A stretch of 64,000 bases of DNA from Penicillus capitatus (Eukaryota; Plantae; Chlorophyta). The stretch spans positions 821,949-885,948 of the forward strand of contig OZ287698.1 in the NCBI GenBank assembly GCA_965649825.1, given 5' to 3'. The notes below the pieces were generated by a model. The model ran no database searches, had not been told where the DNA came from, and saw only the letters and a list, made by a program, of their open reading frames with translations. The position numbers and the translations under genes were made by a program. Shown piece after piece: positions 41,163 to 54,433 of this stretch (within the stretch, counting starts at the first letter, position 1; the number at the start of each line of letters is the position of its first letter).

Positions 41163-42087
41163 AACATCTTTGTCGCGGTTCACTTTTTTCTTGATAACAG
41201 ATTTAACACACATAACAGTTTTGATGTTTGTTTCGACGTTTTACGTTTGGATAAAAGGATAAGATCTTAATACAGGCTTGTCTGTCCCTCAAGTAGCACG
41301 TTATTGTTAGAACTGAAAGCCCAGAGAAAGGAGTTCTTGTCAAATGCTTGTGTTTAAGAATGGAATGTCTGTTTACATGGTTGGCGTCCGCTGCAGAACC
41401 GATGACGTGACACGTCACCTGACAGATTTCGGATGATCGGCAGGTGATGGGTGGATCTGGTGCTCGTGCAATTCGCCGACTGCGTTTTAACGAATTCAGT
41501 TCTTCGACGAATGCGGTTAAACAAAGAGAGAATCGTCCGAATCGTCCGAATCGTTTCTCGTCGATCGATGATGCAGTGACGAAGTACCGATTTCACAAAT
41601 CCGCGGAATCCATCTCGTCGAACGTGATAATAACGACTTCTTATAGATCGATGCGCATTTTACGATCGGGTTACATCAGTTATTTCGATTCTGCCGTCAT
41701 TCGCGATTTAACTAACGTCGATCATTTTTGCACAAGGCGTTGCAAAACTGTTTGCTTTTTCGTGTCAAAAGCGCAATCGTCGTTAGCTTCGATCGGATAC
41801 CATCGATATGTTTGCGAGAACAACTGAAAAACATGTTTCTATTCACAATTGGTATGAGTACTACAAAAACAAGAAAGTGCAAAATGAGAATCGGCAAATT
41901 ATGAGTAAATAAGTCTGACGAACTTTGTAAGTTCATTTGTCTCACATGACAGTTGAATTCTTCATTCCTACATACAGGGTGGGTGAACTGTGCGTTAAAA
42001 AGTAGAAGACTCTTTAGATGCCTCTATATTTGTTTGGTGTTCATTCGATCCGACTGCACAACAGTTGCAGGCTGTATGTTAATTATG

Positions 42088-42240
42088 CAATCGGTGCGAT
42101 CGATCGTCGGGCTTCAATCGGTGCGATCGATCGTCGGGCTTCAATCGGTGCGATCGATCGTCGGGCTTCAATCGGTGCGATCGATCGTCGGGCTTCAATC
42201 GGTGCGATCGATCGTCGGGCTTCAATCGGTGCGATCGATC
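42088..42240. repeat. 27-bp GATC-rich minisatellite (CAATCGGTGCGATCGATCGTCGGGCTT)
   Basis: Five perfect units plus an 18-nt partial; intergenic between D and SDR3. Confidence 0.97.
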
Positions 42241-43566
42241 AAAGTTCAGCGACCGGGTATTCGTCGAAACGCAAAGCCGAACTGTTAGGACAGAGGGGTG
42301 TCATGAGAGGTATGGGCGCTTCGAGGCCATGCGATGAGCAGAACCGGACGGGTACATTTACGGCGACCTTGATACTTCTTTGTATAGTTCAGTGGCACAT
42401 CAATCAACAGTGACGTTCTTTGATCTAATAACTTGCCCTATCAATAACGGACGGACAAGTCTATCTTGAGACAATGTCCACCAAAAGATATAATGGCAGA
42501 TAAGGCACAACAGGACGACTCTCGACTCTCTCTGCTTGATATCGTATCTGCGATCTAGATCAAGTGCTGAAATCGACGCTCGAGTCTTCTAACAGTTTCT
42601 TTTCGTTAATACATCACACACTCATTTCCTGAAACGTCAGCTGGCCGGGAGTCGAGCCATGTGCATCACCTCATCGTTGTTCCCTTGATTCTCCCTCTGT
42701 GGCAATATCATTTTCCACAACTGTCGGCTCTTACGCCTTCAAGGCACTTTCACTCGCCTCGCTCTTCGTTTTGTCGCAAACAGCGGTTAGATCGCTCACG
42801 TACACGATGCAAACGACAGATAAGGGCTCAAAAAAACTAGGTCGAGTACGTAAGACTTGCTAAATAGAACGGCGAAACCTCCGAGACAGAAAACGGATCA
42901 GTGACAAAACAATTCTGACGCACCTCGAGACAATAGCACTCGCAAACACGACTCCCAAAACGAGCTGCTCCCAATCTCGTTATTGAGGACGGCTTAAACC
43001 AAAGCGTGCGAACCATCAATTACACGAAGCAACCCGTCAGGCTTCTTTTATCCTCACAAAGTCCAGTAAAGTACCTCATCATATGAGATCGTCACTTTAG
43101 AGTGGTCTATTCCACGTTCTAACATATCGAACATGATGTACTGACGAAATACATAGACCCCGATTGATCACGAAGTTCGGAAGAGATCGATTGCCGCTTG
43201 GCGTCGTTAGATCTGATGGGACATCAAGAGATGAAAGGCATGCACAGGCATGCTCTGCTTATTCTCATTCGTTTCCGAAAATAACCTTTCGATCCGAACC
43301 TTGTCGTTTTTGTCCATCACACGTCATTCGTACGTCGAGGAGTGCAAAAGACAGCATGTATGTTTGTTCATCAAATCTCTCCAGACGTGACAGTCGAGGA
43401 CGGACGCATGCAATCCCCGTTTCGTGATAGTGACACAACCCGCGGCAATTATTACGTCAGCTTCTGCTCAAGGTCAAACGCTCGGCTACGAAACCCATCG
43501 ACACGTTTGCGCTCCAATTCGTTGTTCCGTCATCAAAGTCTGTCCATCGCGAATCTCTAGTCAAAC

Positions 43567-44538
43567 ATGTCAGGTTCGAGCGCATGCGGTCCTTCTGTTC
43601 AAAGTCAACGTTAGGGTTTTGTTTTTAGGCACACAGAAGACTGCTTTGGTCACCGGGGCCTCATCGGGAATCGGAAAAGCCCTCGCATTCTTTTTAGCGG
43701 ATAAGGGCTGGGCCATTTTTGCCGGTGTTCGCAAAGAGACAGACGGCGCTATGCTAAGAGAATATAGTTCGAACATTAGACCCATCATCCTCGACGTCGT
43801 TGAACCGGAATCCGTCACTCGAGCAATTGAAGAAGTGCGTGTCGGCGTCGGCAGCGCCGGCCTCGACGTTCTCGTTAACTGCGCCGGTCTGGCATGCACG
43901 GGTCCAATCGAATTTTCGCCTGAGGCTGATATCATGAAGAACTTTAATGTCAATGTTTTCGGCCTCCTTCGTGTGACCCAAATGGCGATGCCCCTCATTC
44001 GAATGGGCACACCAGGACGTGTCATCAACATTGGATCCATCGGTTCGGAAGCATCAACGCCCTTTCTCGGTATCTATCAAGCTACAAAATCTGCGATCTA
44101 TACCACAAGTGAAGTGCTTCGACGTGAAGTGGCCCGATCTGGTTCGTCCTTTTCTGATGTGACGTTTGTCTTGACTGTGGCGTCTTCTCAGGTGTCAAGG
44201 TTGTCTTGATCCAGCCAGGACCCGTCAAAACCGAATTCGAAGACCGTTCAGCGCAAGAGATATTAAAGTACAATACCATCTATCCACAAGGCTCTCCCTG
44301 TCAAGAACTCTACGGAAAAGAGATCCAACACTGGCCGCAGGCTTTTCGGAGATTGATGGATGGCGGCGTCGAACCCATTGTCGTTGTCAAACGCATCTAC
44401 CAAGCCATGACAGTGAAGAACCCCAAGAATATTTACCATGACACATGGACCTCTTACTTCACTGTTAAGATGTTCCACTGGATGCCATACAGTTGGGTCG
44501 ATTCGATTTTTGGGCGTATCATTTTCGTGGATAAGTAA
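43567..44538 (+). CDS. Classical SDR, paralog SDR3
   Basis: MS|GTQKTALVTGASSGIG, VNCAG, YQATK; intron after EVARSG at the same site as SDR2; IQPGPV; TAA 44538. Confidence 0.92.
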
Positions 44539-44608
44539 AATCCCTTTGACTGCATCTGCTTATTATGCTGTGAATTAAACGGACGCTATCAACTGCTGCT
44601 CTCTCATT

Positions 44609-44613
44609 TGTAA
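44609..44613 (+). promoter_or_regulatory. TGTAA chlorophyte-type polyadenylation signal candidate (SDR3)
   Basis: TGTAA ~70 nt after the SDR3 stop; another sits at 6516-6520 after the plastid-protein stop. Confidence 0.4.
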
Positions 44614-44822
44614 CAAGGACCTCTGTTCGTCCATCGCACTTTTCTTTCTGGTCATTGTGACGACACTCGATGACGCAGATCTGCATTTTCGATGAAGAGA
44701 AGTGTTTACAGACGCTGAGGTGGCAATGAATGACATTCGAAACGCGGATCCCCCGCGTGGTCGGTAAGAAATTCGTCGGAAATTAAGGTTAACTGAACGC
44801 TAACCGCCGGGTCAGCGTTTAT

Positions 44823-44829
44823 TATAAAA
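44823..44829 (+). promoter_or_regulatory. TATA box candidate for paralog E
   Basis: TATAAAAG ~125 nt upstream of ATG 44952; similar spacing to the TATA upstream of the PAN gene at 51657. Confidence 0.5.
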
Positions 44830-44951
44830 GCCGCTTCGACTTCATTCTTCAATTCCTTGTAACCATTGGCGTTTCTACTACTCCTTAACAAAGCAGAACT
44901 CACCGCATTTTTTCGCCTTGATTGTCTTCGCCTGTTGCAAACTCGTTGAAA

Positions 44952-47900
44952 ATGTTGTTTGTCCGACCGCAGCAGCTACAGAAGCTGCTGTGTTTTGTAT
45001 CGCTTCTCCTTCTTCCCCACTCGACAACGTATGCCGTGCTGTATGACGCTTTTCAAGGTGGCGCTTTCTTTTCCGTGCCGTTCTGACACGGCCGACACCA
45101 TTTCTCGAACACGTTCCTCTGCCTGCAGATCCAAATGAGTGTACGGGAAGCGACTATCAGTTATGTGGCTGTCAGGCCGTCCCAGAAGTCATGATGCCGG
45201 ATCTCCGTACGGTGAGAAGTGATCATGTAGCTGCTTCTCCAATTAAACGGACGGGATTGTGTGCAGTTGCTCAGTCAGCCGGTTGACTGTGAACAGCTCT
45301 GTAGTCAGCGAACCTGTCAGCAGACATGCGAACAGAGCGTGTGTTCTTATCCTATGGGAGACCAAGGACAATTGTGCACAACTGCTTTACTCGATGAAGC
45401 GTTGGTCTCATACGTGAGAAACTCGGAGTGCAGTTTTGATGAGGTTGGTTAAATGACTATCTCGTGTGTCTGGACCTTGGTGCTGTCCAGGATATGAGGA
45501 CTTATAGATGTGAGAAGGGCAGTTCTGTTGCTTATCCGGATGAGCAGACTTATACGGCAATCACAAAGGGATACTGTTTGCCATCCTGCAATCTACAAAT
45601 TGAGAAGTTCAGTTGCATATTTAGTCCGATGTTCAGAGAAGAGACACACATCGATCCAGCAGACTTGCCAGAGGCACCATTTGTTCAGATTTTTGGCGTT
45701 GCTTTCGCAGATCTTCAGGAAGTTCCCGGAGAGTCGACCACGACGCCCACAGTGACGGATCCCAAAACAGCGGTCAGTGAAGATGAAACAGTCACTACAA
45801 CCGCCGGGGACACGACAAAGGCAGGCACTGCAGATGCTGGTAAAAAACCAAGTACAGGTGCCGGAACAGACACAGAGAGCACCGGCAGCGGGTCTGGAGA
45901 GACCACCACCACGAGCACCGGCAGCGGGTCTGGAGAGACCACCACCACCGCCACCGGCAGCGGGTCCGGAGACACCACAAAGACCGGCAGCGGGTCCGGA
46001 GACACCACAAAGACCGGCAGCGGGTCCGGAGACACCACAAAGACCGGCAGCGGGTCCGGAGACACCACCACCGCCACCGGCAGCGGGTCCGGAGACACCA
46101 CAAAGACCGGCAGCGGGTCCGGAGACACCACCACCACGAGCACCGGCAGCGGGTCCGGAGACACCACCACCACGAGCACCGGCAGCGGGTCCGGAGACAC
46201 CACCACCACCACAAAGACCGGCAGCGGGTCTGGAGAGACCACCACCGCCACCGGCAGAGGGTCTGGAGAGACCACCACCGCCACCGGCAGCGGGTCTGGT
46301 GCCGGGTCCGACGACCAAGCCGGAGTGACCACCACGAGCACCGGCAGCGGGTCTGGAGAGACCACCACCGCCACCGGCAGCGGGTCTGGTGCCGGGTCCG
46401 ACGACCAAGCCGGAGTGACCACCACGAGCACCGGCAGCGGGTCCGGAGACACCACGAGCACCGGCAGCGGGTCCGGAGACACCACAAAGACCGGCAGCGG
46501 GTCCGGAGACACCACAAAGACCGGCAGCGGGTCCGGAGACACCACAAAGACCGGCAGCGGGTCCGGAGACACCACAAAGACCGGCAGCGGGTCCGGAGAC
46601 ACCACAAAGACCGGCAGCGGGTCCGGAGACACCACAAAGACCGGCAGCGGGTCCGGTGCCGGGTCCGACGACCAAGCTGGAAGCAGCAAAACCGGCAGCG
46701 GAGTCGGAGACACCACAGGGACTGACTCTGGAACAGATCAGGATAGCGATTTGGGAAGTGATACATTCTCCTTTGTAGAGTTTGGAACGCATGAAGAAAA
46801 GGCTGAAACCACTTCCTTGGCAGATGAGCCTGAAAAGAAAGATGACCCAAAGCTCAAGACACCGGTTGTAGTAGCTCCACCATCTGAGGCACCGGTCGAG
46901 GCTCCGCCTTCTGAAGCATCAGTAGAGGCTCCACCCTCCGAGGCCCCTGTCGAAGAACCGACAGCTCCACCCTCCGAGGCCCCCATCGAAGAACCTTTTG
47001 CTCCGCCGTCTGATGCCCCCATCGAAGAACCTGTGGCTTCACCCTCCGAGGCCCCCATCGAAGAACCTTTTGCTCCGCCGTCTGATGCCCCCATCGAAGA
47101 ACCTGTGACTGGTCCAGAAGTTGAGCCACAGGAGCCATCCGCTGAAGAGGATACCGAAGAGCCGACCAAGGAACCCACCGGCAAACCAGTTGAAGAGTTC
47201 CCTTCGTCGACCAACAACTTCAAGCTTTATTACGGTCCGTATGGCGAATGCCCACAAGTTTGCAGACAAGCAGGCGACAATTATCAAGTATCTTGTTATG
47301 ACTCCCTATGATATTGTGAATAAGACTCTCTCACTCCTAGGAACGATCGATTACATGCAGAGATCCTGCAGGAATACCTGCCGAGTTGAACATGTGCGAA
47401 TTGCCAGATGATCTTCCAAACCGATACTTCCTGAAATGTCAGAATCTTGACTGTGGCCCAGACTACTACATTGATCTTGCTTCATGGCCAACCTGTCCTA
47501 AGAAATGTACTGAGATTAGAGTAGACGGTAAGAAATCCTGCCCTTCGAAAAAAGCACGTCGTTAAAGCGCTTGTTATACAGGGACGTCCATTCCAAACAT
47601 TATTACCCGTGATTATGAATGCAAACGTGTCACAGATAACAGTGTCGTCGAACAGGAGAACTGTGCCGTTTTGCTGGATGAATTAGATGTTGTACTCGAA
47701 GCGAAATGCAATTCCGTTCCCTGCGATCATTACGCATACGAGGTGTCCGAGTGGGGAGCTTGTAGTTGTGAGACATTTAAACAAGAGAGATCTCTGACAT
47801 GTCGCCACTGGACAACGGGAGAAAACGTGGATGTCTCAATTTGCAAATCCCTTGGCATCGAAAAACCCGCCGTCGAACGATTCTGTTTTCCAGAAACCTG

Positions 47901-49403
47901 TTCTCCAACCACGCTGTCCAGAAAACTACTCCAAAATGATGTCTTTGATTTCTGTGCTTACACAAACTGCTCAAGTACGAAGCGGGATGATTACAATGGG
48001 TGATGATGTTGTATGTTGTGGCAGCTAAGGGAGACTGTGAGAATGGGCTGTGTTCCTGCAAGAATGGATTTGACGGTATGGACTGCCAGATCGACACTCG
48101 ATCAAAATCCAAATGCCCGCCTCCATCACTACTGAACGGCAACGGAGATTGCTGTCGTTCCGGCATCTTTGATCTGTCTGGGAAGTGCTGTGACGGAGTG
48201 AATGGCGAAACCGAAATTGACATCGATGGAAACTGCTGTACGGGAAAACCTTTGGATGGCTGCGGAAAATGCGGTGGCGATGAACCTCACTTTCAAGACG
48301 CGGCCGGACAATGTTGTGCGGTCCGATGCCCGTTGTCTGTTCATCCATACACTAACCCTGATTCTTTCTTTTAGGCCTTGGATGCATCGGGCACGTGCTG
48401 TACGAGTGGCGACGTGGACGAATGTGGTGTCTGTGATGGCTACGGAAAGACCTGCAATACAACCTTAACTTTTGCAGTTGAGGTTGCCGAGGGTTCCAAT
48501 CTTGACAGCTGCGTTCGTGAGGTCAAGAGCATTGTCGAAGACGCTCTTGCCATCGAGGTCAGTGACACTTCTCTTCTAGAGGAGCGTAGTCGACTGCCTC
48601 TTCGTAGGAGGGTCCACTAGATACACATCTTCAGAGTCCTCGACGCCTCGGGTTTTCGAAGATCGGTGTCGGGATGACAACAGGTCTCATCCGATTCCGT
48701 GTGCAACAAATTCTCTTGACAAAGAACCCTACACGTCCGTGCAAGGTGGAACGCGCGGAACCTGCGAAGCTGGCTGTGTGTGGCAATGGAGTCTGTGAGA
48801 TTGACGAGACAAACACCTGCCCGAAGGACTGCGAGTACGACATTGAGCTGTGCGAGATGGAAGAGGACCTCTACAGCCGTCTGGTCATGTGCAACGGACA
48901 CGGACAATGCTCTTTCGTCAATACCTCCTCCTGCAAGTGCAACACAGGCTACACGGGTCCCGATTGCGAAGACTGTGAGAGCGGTTTCTTTCACCTTGAA
49001 GGCGATAATCGCTGCATTCCGGGGCAGGCAATTGCCAATCGACCGGATTCGGAGATCGTGCCACGCACATTGGGCTCACCTGAAACAGATCCCACTACCG
49101 TCGCTGTACGTACAGCACAGTCATCTCCTGCAGATGCAGAGTGAGTACACGCTTCTTGGCGATACGATCGGTCATCGCTGTTGCTGTAGGCCGAGCTCAG
49201 GGACAGCCAACTCAAATGAGGGTCTGGAAATTGGGCCGATACTTGCGATCATCGGCATCTGCTTGGCCGTTTTTATCTTCGTCCTTATTGTCTTCATCGT
49301 CGTTCGGCGACGCAAACACCACGATGAAAGGGAGTTAAGTGATGAACAGGAACTCAATCCAGAAGCTCCCGAAGGGCACCCCAGTATACCCTCCTCAACA
49401 TAA
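44952..49403 (+). CDS. Paralog E: type-I membrane protein, 1 Cys module - G/S/T and P/E spacers - 3xTSP1 - RKLL - EGF/Cys repeats - EGF - TM - short tail
   Basis: Signal peptide MLFVRPQQLQKLLCFVSLLLLPHSTTYA; YGPYGECPQVC, ASWPTCPKKC, SEWGACSC; SRKLLQ; DECGVCDGYGKTC; CGNGVCEIDETNTCPKDC; CNGHGQC..CKCNTGYTGPDC; TM IGPILAIIGICLAVFIFVLIVFIVVRRRK; TAA 49403. Confidence 0.88.
45880..46710 (+). repeat. Coding 30-bp tandem repeat family (TGSGSGDTTK and variants) in paralog E
   Basis: ACCGGCAGCGGGTCCGGAGACACCACAAAG repeated many times with ACC-triplet length variants; a second PPSEAP-type repeat lies at ~46870-47110. Confidence 0.95.
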
Positions 49404-49783
49404 ACTCCGTCCCCGTGGAATATATGACAAGCTGCAGCTTGACGTAACAAGCGGTCGATTGATCAACCGCTTTATTGACCTTACTACTGCTCTTTGCCTG
49501 ACGGCGATTCAGTTCCTTCCACTACTTTTTTTGAGAACTCACTTATTACCGCTGGGTCGAATCGAAGGGTGTAGGTTCTTCTTACTCGTGAAACGAGATA
49601 GGAATGCGATGGGTATTCGGAGAAGTGTCAGCAAACAATCTTAAGGCACAAGTCATGTGCGAACTATGAGTACAGTTGGCGGATCATACAAAAGTCGATG
49701 AACAAGAATATTATTCCGCATCCCATGTAAAGCCAATGGGTATAAAAAGAGTCGTTGTCGGCGCATTGGACCGAATGGCACGA

Positions 49784-50116
49784 TTACGATTGGGTCTTCG
49801 AGAACAGTCGCTCTCCGTCATCCACATGAATGCGGTTTGGAATTTGTGGCAGTTGTGCCGCCAGGAGTGCGGAGTAACCGCGAATGGCGTTGCCTCGGTT
49901 GGCTGTGGACAGGTATTCAGATTCATAGGTGTATATATTGTGGTCGAGTTGACGCATCTCCTGCTCCAATGCCTCTCTTTCGCGTCGAAGCCGTGCGACG
50001 GATCGCTGGCCGTCAATGGACGGCAACTCTTTCCGTTTTGTGTTGCGTTTTGAACGCCGAGCTGCCGTTTGCTCTGTCGTCGGCTTCGTGATGGTCTTGT
50101 TATTTTTCTTCGGCAT
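49784..50116 (-). CDS. EAF6: NuA4/MOZ HAT complex subunit EAF6-like
   Basis: Basic N-terminus, then LRREREALEQEMRQLDHNIYTYESEYL...GNAIRGY...DGERLFS, matching the EAF6 pattern (IY.xExxYL, GNxxxG, RLFS). Confidence 0.75.
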   Translation of the reverse strand: MPKKNNKTITKPTTEQTAARRSKRNTKRKELPSIDGQRSVARLRREREALEQEMRQLDHNIYTYESEYLSTANRGNAIRGYSALLAAQLPQIPNRIHVDDGERLFSKTQS

Positions 50117-50806
50117 CAAGTGTCACATCAACTCCATCGAGTGCAGACGGTGTATCATTTATCTGTTTTGCAGCGACGCGTTTCATATCGTTCGTCGATC
50201 GAATGGCAAAGGAACGTGTCCCTCAGAGAACCGAGATACCAAAGGTGCGCTTCTTTTTAAAGGATAAAGTTCTGTTGCGGCGGATAGCGAATGGATTTCG
50301 CCGTGAGCGACGTCGGCAGATGTGATATCAACGTTGCGCCCAGTTTCTACGACTGCACGAGCACTGTTCGAACGACTGACTATAGTACGCTGGACAAAAA
50401 TCGGCTTTTCGTTTTCGATTTCTAGAAGACGAAAAATTCAGTGGAATACGGATTCAGTTCATTGTGAAAGAAAAATGGTTTGCGCTTTCCGATCGTGTCG
50501 TTCGACTTCTACCGTCATCTCTACCGCGTCTCGCGGGCCATTCGTTGCATCTATTCACTCTGTTCTTACAGATGTTATAAAGCATTTCACGCCATTCGTT
50601 TGGGTTGATAGAACTACACTTGAGTTCAGGAAGAAAAGAGGAAGATGCGTGTTCAGAGAGAAACAAGGAAACTAGAACAGGAGCGGCGACAGACAGAGTC
50701 TACAGGGGCATCATTTGTGCCGCGGTCGCCACTTAATTCCTAAGCGCGCCGTTTCACCTAAGCAGGAACGAAACAGGTCGATAGAATCAAACAGCGTAAG
50801 AGCGAG

Positions 50807-51657
50807 TTACTCTGGGCGATGACCGAGAACACAAGCTGGGCAACTGATCGCCTCAGGGTTTAACTCAAACTTGAGCCAGCAATGCCAATGATCTCTTCTC
50901 CAAATAAACCCAACGCACTCTACACAACGCAAAGCGAATTAGCCGTTTGAAGACAGAACAGAAACGGCAGGACCAGGATTCGCTACACAGTACTCGCCGC
51001 AAACGTTGGGGTCACTGACGCCTTGGTAAGTGGGATAAGGTTGAATGTCGTTTCCGTATCTGTCGACGCCGTATTCAGGACTGTATCTTGCGTCCAACTC
51101 CTACGACAAGACGTTTGTCCGAATTCGAACACAGGAAACAGCCTACCCGCTCATTAAAGTTCACGCTTTCGCAAGTCATGCAGTCTACGGGCGGGTTGAT
51201 TGTTGTCTTGAGATAACAAAAGCTACGTTGGCCAGGTGAGCCGGTTTGGAAAACCGAAGCCACACACCCTGAAGCATTGACATAGCAGTTTTATCATGCA
51301 AGAATCGACAAGAATAAATGTTACCTGGTCGTCTGCTTTGGCATTCGTCGCAGCATGCACTTGCGCTGTCGATGCCTGGAATCGGAGAATCGGGTGTGTT
51401 GCCATCCTGCCACATTGTGCCGACACGGAGGTCGCCACAGTCTACGCGTGCACAGCAACAGTTCATCGAACACGCGACACGTAAGAATCGATATTCAAAC
51501 CTGCACACAGTTCGCGTCCGCGTCGGGAAATCTCTACGTCGGGACGGGAATAGACCCCCTGCGACACATACGTATCAGAATCGACGTTCTCTCTTCAAAG
51601 GCGCAATGTTCGCACCGCGAAGAGCAGGCAGACGAGGAGACCAAATGCGAGTCTCAT
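50807..51657 (-). CDS. Secreted tandem PAN/Apple-domain protein (PAN1)
   Basis: Reverse-complement splicing gives MRLAFGLLVCLLFA|GVYSRP...|DCGDLRVGTMWQDGN...SACCDECQSRRP|GCVASVF...FCYLK...|...YGNDI...VCGEYCVANP|ECVGFIWRRDHWHCWLK...CPACVLGHRPE*. Confidence 0.82.
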
Positions 51658-51773
51658 CTTCGACAGGATAGCGGCGAGAAGAGCAACAAGTTCTCAAGGA
51701 CCACAGTAAACGGTGTAGATAGAAGAGGGAAAGCCAAGAACGAACAATGGTGAAGTGTTGCTGCGCGGTCGCC

Positions 51774-51780
51774 TTTTATA
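51774..51780 (-). promoter_or_regulatory. TATA box candidate for PAN1
   Basis: CTATAAAAGG on the minus strand ~120 nt upstream of ATG 51657. Confidence 0.5.
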
Positions 51781-52099
51781 GGGCACCGAGCGTCGAGTCC
51801 GCGTCAGCAGTATCCAATGAAGTGAAATCTTGTCGGCTGCGGAGCGTCTGCATTGATTGGACTTTGAGGTCGATGTGCGCGTCGGATTCTCACAGTAGCT
51901 TCATTCGACTTCTTTCTCCGGCTCGGAGAGAAATTGACCAGAAAGCACACACGTCAGTAGTGCCACGCGGCTTGAATTGTGGAGACGTGCCTTGCAGTAA
52001 TAGTCAGTCTTAGCGAAGCGTCGTCACGGTAAGTTTTTGATTCGTTTTTCTTCAGAAAAGGCGGACGGGAGTCATAAACGAAGAAGCATGTGCAAGGAC

Positions 52100-54075
52100 G
52101 GCAGTTCAGAATGACGGCGGCAAGACCTGAACAGCGGCAGGATCCTGAACAACGCGAATCCGCAGCGACTCTCTTTTCAGTTTTCAAAGGCATGTGTTGC
52201 GATGTCTATTGAGTTCAGTAGCGTGACGGAATACACAACGCGTTGACGCCGTATGGGTCTGACCGAGTTGTATGAAGAAACAGCCTGTTTCCGACACGGT
52301 TACTGCGAATGTTTGTATCCGCACCGTCAAAAAACGAAAAGACACTTCTCTGTCGTCTTTCCGAGTCGGCGGCGATTCTCCGGTGCGAGTGAGAAATACT
52401 GTTGAACTCTTTGCGTTTGATGCGACGTCTGTTAATGAAGGACAACGCGCACGACGTTTGAGCAATAGTGTAGGAAGGCACATTCAACTCCTGTCGAAAA
52501 TTCTGGCCCTGGGGCAAGTTCATCATTACAGAGCATTCAAAGCACCATACTTCCTAACTGACATCTGAGTGTGACAGCCAGGATACAGGAGATTCAGGTG
52601 AGCGAATAGAGCAGTCACATAGTTGCATCCTAATAAACCCGTTTCAAACACGCATCTTTTACCAAGGTAAGGAGTAGAGCATCTCCTCGAGAGGCGTTTC
52701 CTCAGATATACTCATGAAAAAGAGTGAGAATGTCGGATGAAAGACTTCAGTTAGCCAGCAATAGTCGAGTCTCTCCACCTTACCGATGACTTGCAAGCTG
52801 CAAGAGAACGATAGACTAGAATAGCGATAAACTGTCGAACGGGGAATGGCTTGAGACACATCATAATACTTCCGCGGCTGACGGGCGCATCCGATTCTCC
52901 ATGTTCTGATTTCCACCATAACTCGTCGATCCATAGGAGAAACGGCATTTCAGAGGAGGTATCTAATGTACAGCAGAGTAATTCTTCGAAAGATCCCTAG
53001 CCGGACTGCACCTGGTCACACTTCTTCTTAATTAACTGTTCCGATGCACAAATAGACAAGGAATTGCTCGACTTTCTGTATACTCAAAAAAGGTAGATCC
53101 GACGAGACCACACCACAGACCCATGCTGCAGGCCCTCTTTGCAGAATCAATCGTCACAATAGCATAGAATACTGCGTCCACAGAGTGATAAAAGAAAAAC
53201 GTTTAGATTCATCCGCGGTGTGTGGGCACCGTGTCAGTTCCTGTAACAGACCGCAAACCTTCGGTCAGGAATACAGCGCAAAGTCTAACAATCTGATCCA
53301 TCAACTTCGCGGACACAAACCCCAATCTGTAGAACTCTAGTCGATTGCTGTCGTTAACAGAGAATCTGGAGCCCAGTTGTTCAGGATTTGTGCACGTCTT
53401 GAAGTTGATACTGTCAGAAAGAAGGTGAGCTAGCTCCATGCGTAAGCGTTTTCGAAGTGTGACACGACAATTGTCTATCTTATCTTCATGAGGAGGTGGA
53501 TCAATAATAACCCAAAGCACAGGGCATCCCCAAGAACTTCAAGGCGAAATTGAGCAACCGGAGTTTAAGCGCGCACGCCTCCGCTAGGCTCGAAAAGAGA
53601 GGAACACAGAATCGCAGATATGCCAAATGCGTTAACGCGGTTCTACGTCATGCGCTCACTTCTCCAAGAGGAGAACGAGAGGCATGAAACGAAACGCAGG
53701 ACCACTGTGTTCTCACGGATCGATCGCTGCTTGATTGTCGTACGTTGCAACATCGCCCGAAGGCGGAGCAAGCGAACGCACACACATACTTGATGGAATC
53801 AGTGGTCTGCGTCCTGCGAGCCATCGAGGATAGTCTCGGTTAAGGACCGTCGGAAACAATCCTGGACACCAGACGACATTCTGCACGCCGACAGATGATC
53901 AAAGAAGGACGATGCCGTCGCGGCGCCTTGATCCATCGGAGAGCATCACACTGTCGCGCTTCTCTCGATGGACATCCGCTCGAACGGCCTTTCCGTCTGT
54001 TTGAAGCAATCTGCAGCAGAAAGTGAAAGCAGCCGATCAAGATTCAACACGACGCAGGTGCGAATGATTGACATG
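52100..54075 (-). other. Possible orphan multi-exon gene or decayed gene (fragments only)
   Basis: Protein-like open segments (NVVWCPGLFPTVLNRDYPRWLAGRRPLIPS; LWVIIDPPPHEDKIDNCRVTLRKRLRMELAHLL...) bounded by plausible splice sites, but no stop-free spliced model could be built. Confidence 0.3.
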
Positions 54076-54433
54076 GCCGAGTCCCGAACGAGTAGTAAAC
54101 GGACGAGTCGTGCAGGCGTGTGTCGAGGGGAGAGTAGAAGATCTACGTGCGAAGGATGCGATCGTTCTCAAAGGCGAACTTTAAACAGACAAGAGTTGCA
54201 TTCAAAGAAGTGTCCTGCCCCTTTCGCCTTTCTCATCGCCGACAGACCGAACGACCAACGCAGTGGTCGATTTCCAAAATGGTTATGTGAATCCTTCATC
54301 AGAAGTACAGGCGCCGTGCGCGCCCAAAGAAAAAAGGCGTACCCACAGCAGAGAGACATTCGTTCTGTAAAAACAACATGACCTTTCGTGAAAGGACAAG
54401 AGAAACCGTACGCGCTTGCAGGATCGACGATAT

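Noticed and set aside
41163-43560. Hidden gene or transposon in the 2.4-kb D-SDR3 spacer
   Set aside because: Only short ORFs, two of them translations of the 27-bp array; no terminal inverted repeats, LTRs or enzyme motifs seen.
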